A model generated the notes under the pieces. That model ran no database searches. It was given only the letters and a program-made list of their open reading frames with translations, and was not told where the DNA came from. A stretch of DNA of 64,000 nucleotides from Camelus dromedarius (taxonomy: Eukaryota), in NCBI RefSeq assembly GCF_036321535.1, contig NC_087462.1, positions 5,704,001-5,768,000 of the forward strand, in the 5' to 3' direction. Shown here piece by piece: positions 57,301-64,000 of the stretch. The position numbers were made by a program, and so were the translations under genes. Position 1 is the stretch's first letter. Each line of letters begins with the position of its first letter.

Positions 57301-59527
57301 GCTCCTCTGTCCCCTGTGTTTTCTGGGAACCTCAGCCTGGGTCTGATTTCCAGATGTGCTGGGGATTCAGCTTTGGGGGCCTGGCCCTGGGCTGGAATAC
57401 TTGAGGATGCTCCCCACACCTCCTTGCAGAAAACAGCTAGTTCCTGGGGGTGAGGGGAGACTCCCACTCTCCATTAAATTTAAAATATTACAATACAAAG
57501 TGGGAGATAGAATTTGACCCCCATGTTGTAAGAAAAAGGCCACATACTTGCACACACATGCACATACCCTCTACAAACTGAACCCCAACAATTGTGTATT
57601 TATATTTTCAAAAAGAGTGGAAAGTTGATCATCAAAGCGCCAATAGTAATTGTTTCTGGGTGATGAGGTTACACTTTTCTGTCTTGATATTTTTCAGTAG
57701 TTTCTAGTTTCTCCAGTGAATTTCTTCACTGAATATTTATAATCAGAAAGAAAAAAGTGTTCAAAAAGAAAAAAGTCCTCAGCTTATTTGAGGCAGAGCC
57801 AGACACAATTAAGGAAATGCCAGCTTTGCCTAGGAAGACAGGGGGGCGACACTGATGATCACCAGGCTTAGAGGAGAGATCTGTGTTGGTTCCCTGCCTC
57901 TGTCATCCATCCATCTATCCATCCATCCATCCATCCATCCATCAATCCATCATTTATCAAGTACTTTTGAGTACCTGCTCTGTGCCCAGCACCAAGCTGC
58001 AGACGTGGACAAGGCAGACAGAAATCCCGGCCTCTTGGAGCTGGTTTTCTAGTAGCAGAGACAGTAAATGGATAATTACACACATAAATAATTACGAGTA
58101 CATTTTTATAGTGCAGCATGATACAATGCTGGGGTAAAGACCGTTTACCCTGTTCTGTATGCAGTAGGGTGGGTGTTTGTCTGAATTCCTGGCCTACCTT
58201 GGCAGGGATGGCAGATGGGGACACATGGGGGACCATTCAGGGTCAGCTCCCAGCAGGCAGATCCTGAGCCAGCCTTTTAGGGGTGCAAGAAGGACTGTTA
58301 TGTACACCCTTATTTGTAGGTTGAGCGGTCACTTCTATAGCCCAGGGACCTTGGGCAAGTCCCCAAAGCATTTGTACCACTTCTCACCTCTAGGGGTATA
58401 AACATTTTTTGAAAAGGAGAAACAGGTTATGACAGTCACTGTGATGCTAAGAATATATTCAAAACGACCTCACCATCATCTCCCTCCCCAGAAGTCAGCC
58501 AGCCTGCCCTCCCTCCTGAGGCCCCAGGTGACACAATAGGAATGTTTAATCTTTATTATTCCCAGCCAGGCAGCCTGGCTGTGCTACCTGGGTGAGTTTA
58601 CATGAATGACTGTTCTTCCGTGCCTCAGTTTCCCCAACTGTAAAATGGGCTGTAAAAGTCTGAACCTCAGAGCATCCTTAAATGAGTTAGTTTACATAAA
58701 GTGCTTAGAAAAATGCCTGCCACGTCATAAGCGTGACGTCAGCACTGCCTATTAACATTAGTATCACCATTTTTAGTGCATTCTGTAGGCCAGGGACTGT
58801 GCACATGTATACTCTCTACAAAGTCTGAAACCCGCCAGCCCCTGGGCTGAAGCCAGCCCTCAGCCACTGCTCAGTCCTCTGTTTCATTTGACCTGGAGCA
58901 TTATTTTCCAGAACATGTGAAATACTTGGCTGCATTAAAAAAGTCCACATAAATATCTGGCTTTGTGGGCAGCCTGGCTGTGCCTTCCTGGGCAGCAGAC
59001 ATTGGATGGAAAATGAACCCCACTCACCCGGGCACCCCCATACCTGCTGGACACCAGAATGTTACAACCAGGACTCTGGCCACCACTGCCTTGTGACAAA
59101 GAGATGCGCAAAGTAGTGCAGGCAAGAGCTGTTGCCACAGATTTTTATCAGCATCCAAAGCATCATTGTTCCCACTTTACAGACTAGCAGACTGAGGCTC
59201 AGAGAGACTAAGAGACTCAGCCAAGGTCCCACAGCCGCACAAAGGGCAGAACTGGGCTTGGAACCCAAGTTCGGGTGATGCCACAGCCCAGGCTATGCCC
59301 CTTGAGGTCTCATAGGTGTTCCCCCTTATGTCCCTCCAGGTTTTGAGTTCTTCGAGGCCAGCGCCAAGGAGAGCATCAACGTGAAGCAGGTGTTTGAGCG
59401 CCTGGTGGACGTCATCTGCGAGAAGATGAATGAGTCCCTGGAACCTAGCTCCAGCCCGGGCAGCAATGGGAAAGGCCCGGCCTTGGGGGACACCCCACCC
59501 CCGCAGCCCAGTGGCTGCAGCTGCTAG
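54316..59527 (+). CDS. RAB3D: Ras-related protein Rab-3D, 4 coding exons, 219 aa
   Basis: Exons 54316-54543, 55196-55314, 55397-55521, 59340-59527 (660 nt). GNSSVGKT P-loop, WDTAGQE, GNKCD, EASAK, C-terminal CSC prenylation motif. Confidence 0.99.
55690..55990 (+). mobile_element. Old LINE-1 fragment in the last RAB3D intron
   Basis: CAGCAAAACCATTTCTGGAAATTTATCCTAC..GGAATATTACACAGCTGTTAAAAAGGATG. Confidence 0.6.
56020..56243. mobile_element. MER58-like hAT-Charlie MITE in a RAB3D intron
   Basis: Inverted ends CAGGGATCAGCAAAC and GTCTGCCAACTCCT; internal ACCACTCAGCTCTGC..AAAGCAGCCATAGA..TAAAACTTTATTTACAAAA. Confidence 0.7.
57010..57190 (-). mobile_element. vic-1-like SINE in the last RAB3D intron
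   Basis: GGAGGTAATTAGGTTTATT..GGAGGTGCTGGGGATTGAACCCAG with T-rich tail; head degraded. Confidence 0.8.
57904..57950. repeat. (ATCC)n tetranucleotide repeat
   Basis: CATCCATCCATCTATCCATCCATCC.. Confidence 0.9.
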
Positions 59528-62500
59528 AAATGGTCCCCCATCCCCCCACCCCCTCCTGCCTCGGCAGGGACTGTGACTGAGGCATGAGCCACAAGGGCTG
59601 TTTCCAAGCTCAGGGCGCCCCCTCGCCTCCCCTCAGCCATCCCCAAGTCCTGCATGGCTCATTCGCTGGCCATGGCCACCAGCCTGCCCAAGCAGCCGCT
59701 GTCACAGGCTCCAGACCCTGAGGACCCTGCACTGTGGGCAGAATCTGGGGATATGGGCGTGCACGAGCTTGCTGCTTTCAGGCGTTTTAATGGGGGTAGT
59801 GTGGGCAGCGTGTCCCTCCCCACCTGGTGGAGGGACATCCACAGTGCCTTCTGGGTCAGAACCACTGTCCACTCCATTCCGTGTTGGTCATGGCTTGGAG
59901 TTCACGTGCTGGCTGAAGATGGTTCATCTGTCTCGTGCAGTGTGGGTTCTCATCCCTGGAGATGAGGAAGGCGGCTCTGCCTGTGAACCTTCTCAGACCT
60001 CAGGGCTCCGAGGCGGGGCAGTGGATTTTGGCCCTGGGAGACCCCTCCCTTCTGACCTGCAGCTTCTCTGCCTGTGAAAGCAGTATTAAAGCGGCTTTTC
60101 CCATTATAAAGGAAGAGGGGGTCAGCCCTCCCCTGCCCCACTCCACTCGGCTTCAGGGACCCCAGAAGTGCCTTCTGAGCTTCCCCAGAATTCCACATCA
60201 CTCATGTCCCTGCCACTGTTTCAACTTATCCACTGGATCCCTGATCCAGAATGGGATTTTGGAACTATGGGCTGCATCGGGCCAGGCAGAGAATTACTCA
60301 ACCCCTGGCATTCCTGCTGGGGGCTTTTTACCAGGAGTTAACTCAGGAGCCAGGAGCATGGGGCTCTCCTACCCAGACCTGCCACCCCACTGCCCCCGCC
60401 CCGGCCTTCTTTGCCTGGTAATGTTTTAAGCAAGGTCTTTCCACATCTGACATCCTGCTAGAAAAGGAAATTGAGTAACATTCCTGTAGCTTGAGCTGCC
60501 GGGACAGCTTTTCCGATGTGAGGACTTTGGCTCCTCCGACTTGAAAACCCTAGACCACTCATGGCTGGCTTCCCAAGCCATGTCACCGCAAGGGTCCAGT
60601 GATGTTTTCTGCTCATGGAGGAGTCATCTAAGGAATGCTTTGGGGTTGGGCTGGAGAGGCGAGGAGGCAGGGTTGGTTGACGGCTGTTGCTGCTTGCACT
60701 AGGCGATACACCTTGGGAGTGGCGCGCTGATGGGGTATGGGCGGGGAACCGGTCTCCCAGGTGGAGGCACCAGCAGGGAACTGGCCCAACTGGGGTCCTC
60801 AGCTGCCAGGGGCCCCTGCTGGGAAGTGATGCGCAGTTTGGAGATCTATATCTTGATGCCTCCCCGCCCCCCACCCAACTCAGCAGCTCTTTCTACCCAC
60901 CAGAGTCCAAATTCTGGTAGCATGCCACCTCTATCTGCCCTGCAACACTAACACTCCAGAACCTGACACTGTGCGGATGGCCAAAGCGAATGATTTGTGT
61001 TCCCGTTGGCAGCCTCCCAGCCTCTGCCTCCAAAACAACTTCCCGTAGCCTTGAAGAACTCAACCTCCTCCCAGGAGTGGGGAAGATCTGGTTCAAGTTC
61101 AACATAGCTCTTTATAGAAGCTGAAGATTGAGTTTATGTCTACAGGGCTCCGTTCACCCCATACTGGGGGCTGTTTTTAGAGCTTCAAAGTGGGGATATT
61201 TGTCCACCAAGTTAGACGACTGTAGTGGGAGGGACAAGTTCCTGGAAATGCATCAGGTGAGGGTACCTGAAGCTTTGGGGTGGGAGTCAAGCATGTTAGT
61301 TGCTTTAACATAAGGGAGAATTTAAAGCAACTATAAAAAGGCTTCTTAAGATGCACCACCGCCTGTCAAGATTCTGTTGGACTGGCCAACAGACTGTAGC
61401 CAGAAAAAATACAGCAGGTCAGAGTGCCATTATCTGAGGGACAAGCTGACTTTTCCCATGTGATAAAACACAGCTTTGGCTGCATCTAGTCCCTGACCTG
61501 GCCTAAGGTTTCTGTTTACATAAGATTTTTCAGTAGTTCAGCTTCAAGTAGTGACTGAGACAGCTGCCTCTGGGTTCTCTCGAGACTGGGAATGATGTAG
61601 AAGAATTTTTTTTGTTGTTTCCTCTAAAAATAATGCAAGTTTTTATTTTACGATGTTTGAAGGGGAGGTTTCACTCCTGATGGTCTCTGGGAAACTGAAA
61701 CATACATGAAGATCGCTGCAGGGGATGGAAGTGTGTTGAGTTTACAAACAGAAATTAAGCCAAAGGCTGTGGGAAAACAACTTCCCAACTCCAGGGAGGC
61801 TGGGATCTGGGGAGGTGACTTGAGGCTGTTTCCTGCATCCACGCTGTGCCTTCTTATCACCTGCTTTCAGGAACTTGTCTTTCCATAGGCAGTTTCAGTG
61901 GGAAATTGCTATGACTGCTATTTTGGGTTTGGGTTTCTAGTTTTTTTTCTTTCTTTCTTTCTTTTTCTTTCTTTGGCTTCTCCAGGGACCATGTTCTTGT
62001 AGCTTTCTCTCCTACTCAACCAAAAAAAAAATAAGTAAGGGGTGAACATTTCGGTCTCTCTGTTGAAGCACTGATTCTGCTAACTGGCTTCTTCCCAATG
62101 ATCCCAAAATACTCTATGGCTCAAGCTTTGGACCTGGCCATTTATATCCTGGATGTGGTTCTCCCATATAAGCCATTCTTTGATGTCCACTCAGAAAGGT
62201 GTGCATTTTTCTCCACAAAAGAAAAAGAAAATTAAAGTCATTATGTCCATATGTGGTGGTTCTTTTATTTCCATTAGTGAAATGCAGTTTCCAGGAAGAG
62301 GATGGTTGAAACACAGCCAAGTAGATGGTTGGTCAAGGGCTGTGTGTCATATAGTAGAACCCAGATCAGGCCAGGGAGCCTCAGATGTGGGGCTGCCTCT
62401 AGCTGGGCCTCGTGGCCACCACCTTGACCCTGGAAAGTTTCAGTGCATGGAGGGCAAGGAAGTTGATGTTTCCTCAACCAATTCTGGCAAGAAGTTTGGT

Positions 62501-62929
62501 CCCCATAGCAGCCAGAGGGCACCAGTGAATACCTGAGCCAGGTCAGGTCCCTTGTCAGTTCGGAACCCTCCATGGCTCCTACCTGACTCTGACCCAAAAA
62601 GCCCTGCATGATCTGACCTGTCACCTCACTGCTCTCCCTGTCACTCTTCCCACTTGCCCCCTACACTTGCTCTGCTCCTCCTTGCTGCTTTGAACACACC
62701 AGGCTCCTGCCTCAGGGCCTTTGCACTGGCTGTTCCCTCAGCCTGGAGTGACATGGCTCCCCTCATGCTTTTTGTGCAAATCTCACCTTCTTGTTGACTC
62801 ATCTCCCTCCCCACCCCCCTAGTTAGTGCTGCAACCCCTCCCCAGCATTTCTGATGCCCCTTTCTATGTGTCCTCCTCCCCATAGCCCCTAGTGTCTAAA
62901 GTACTATATAATTTACTTGCTTAACTTAA

Positions 62930-63065
62930 TTTTATGTTTATTTATTTTCTGGGGGGAGGTAATTCGGTTTACTTTTTTTTTTTTTTAATGGAGGTTCTGG
63001 GGATTGAACCCAGGACCTCATACGTGCTAGGGATGTGCTCTACCAGTGAGCTATACCCTCCCCTC
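62930..63065 (-). mobile_element. vic-1-like SINE
   Basis: Full head and tail; 13-bp TSD TTG(C/T)TTAACTTAA at 62917-62929 and 63066-63078. Confidence 0.88.
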
Positions 63066-63159
63066 TTGTTTAACTTAAACAAGTGTTTCTTCACTATAAT
63101 ATCAGCACTTCAAATGCATGGATTTAAAAAATTTTTGTGGCCACATCCAGCTCTTTCCT

Positions 63160-63740
63160 GTCTGATACAACAGAAAAGAAATAGTTGGATTTTGGTCCTG
63201 GTTTTTCTTGGCACACAGCTCCTAAAACCCTTGGAATCTCCGGAGTGATAAGAGTGTCTTTTGTATACAAATGAGAAGACAGCCTAGGCTGGGGGCCCCT
63301 GGGAAACTTCAGAATGGAAGCTGGTCACCAGAAAGACCAAATCATGATTAGAGGGTTGAAACTATCAACCCCAGCTCCTGGGAGTGAGGGTCCAGGGAGG
63401 AAAGGGGCTGGAGATCGAGCCAATCACCAACTGTTGGTGATTTAATCAACCGCGCTCACATGATGAAATCTCCATAAAAACCCTGAACAACAAGGTTCGG
63501 AGAGATTCCCGTTTGGTGAACACACTGAGGGAGGGTGGCACACCCACAGAGGGCATGGAAACTCAGGGCCCCTTCCCCATACCTTGCCCTGTACATCTCT
63601 CCTATCTGAGTTACATCCTTGGTAATAGTAAGTAACTCACTTTCCTAAGTTCTGTGAATTATTCTAGTTATCAAACCTGAAAGGGAGGGGGGATTGCAGG
63701 GGCCCCCTGATTTTGTAGCCAAGTCAGAGAGGAGTATGGC
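63160..63740. mobile_element. MER21-like LTR
   Basis: GCTCCTAAAACCCTTGGAATCTCCGGAGTGATAAGAGTGTCTTT and GGTCACCAGAAAGACCAAATCATGATTAGAGGGTTG motifs. Confidence 0.65.
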
Positions 63741-63741
63741 A

Positions 63742-64000
63742 TGTCAGAGGGGAGAACAAGCCTGACTCTGTGTCCCACGTTTCTTTTACTTTAACCTCTG
63801 TATTCTCTTGCTAGTTAATCACTAAAGGGACATTGCCTATAAGCCCATCTCTGGGAATCCTGCTTCCCAGGTAATGACCATTAAGTGAAAATGCCTTTTT
63901 AGCTCACAGGAAACATTGTGACCAGGCCCACCTGTGAAGGCAGGAAGAAATTAACAACCCCGAGCGCAACAGGAACCGGAAATGCTTGGCTTTACTCCCG
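63742..64000. mobile_element. Start of a second LTR, running off the window
   Basis: Abrupt TGTCAGAGG start after MER21-like sequence; LTR-like composition; other end not visible. Confidence 0.4.

Noticed and set aside
60100-64000. TSPAN16 exons expected next by synteny
   Set aside because: No tetraspanin-like exon recognised on either strand; probably beyond the window

Overview
Mammalian genomic DNA. Gene order and content match human 19p13.2 in reverse orientation: ODAD3/CCDC151 (last 10 exons, +), RGL3 (+), EPOR (+), SWSAP1 (-), PLPPR2 (-), CCDC159 (-), TMEM205 (+), RAB3D (+). Every listed exon joins in frame. All junctions are GT-AG except one GC donor in ODAD3, and the C-terminus of the long PLPPR2 isoform lies in a 156-N gap. 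Several tRNA-derived SINEs resemble the camelid vic-1 family, so the source is probably a camel or alpaca relative (inference). The rest is L1/L2/MIR, LTR and DNA-transposon remnants plus microsatellites. I found no prokaryotic-type cassette, CRISPR array or true RNA gene. Best leads: (1) EPOR intron 7 is 93 nt and stop-free, so retention would give a full-length receptor with a 31-aa insert rather than the truncated EPOR-T; (2) a hidden coding-like exon in CCDC159 intron 1 with its own alternative donor and a premature stop; (3) an inverted pair of REST/RE1 motifs next to PLPPR2; (4) a GC donor in ODAD3 with an in-frame backup GT donor; (5) other changes around EPOR (soluble-form acceptor, upstream SINE dimer, downstream solo LTR). 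Exon coordinates were counted by hand. Comparisons to human or mouse orthologues are from memory and need database checks.
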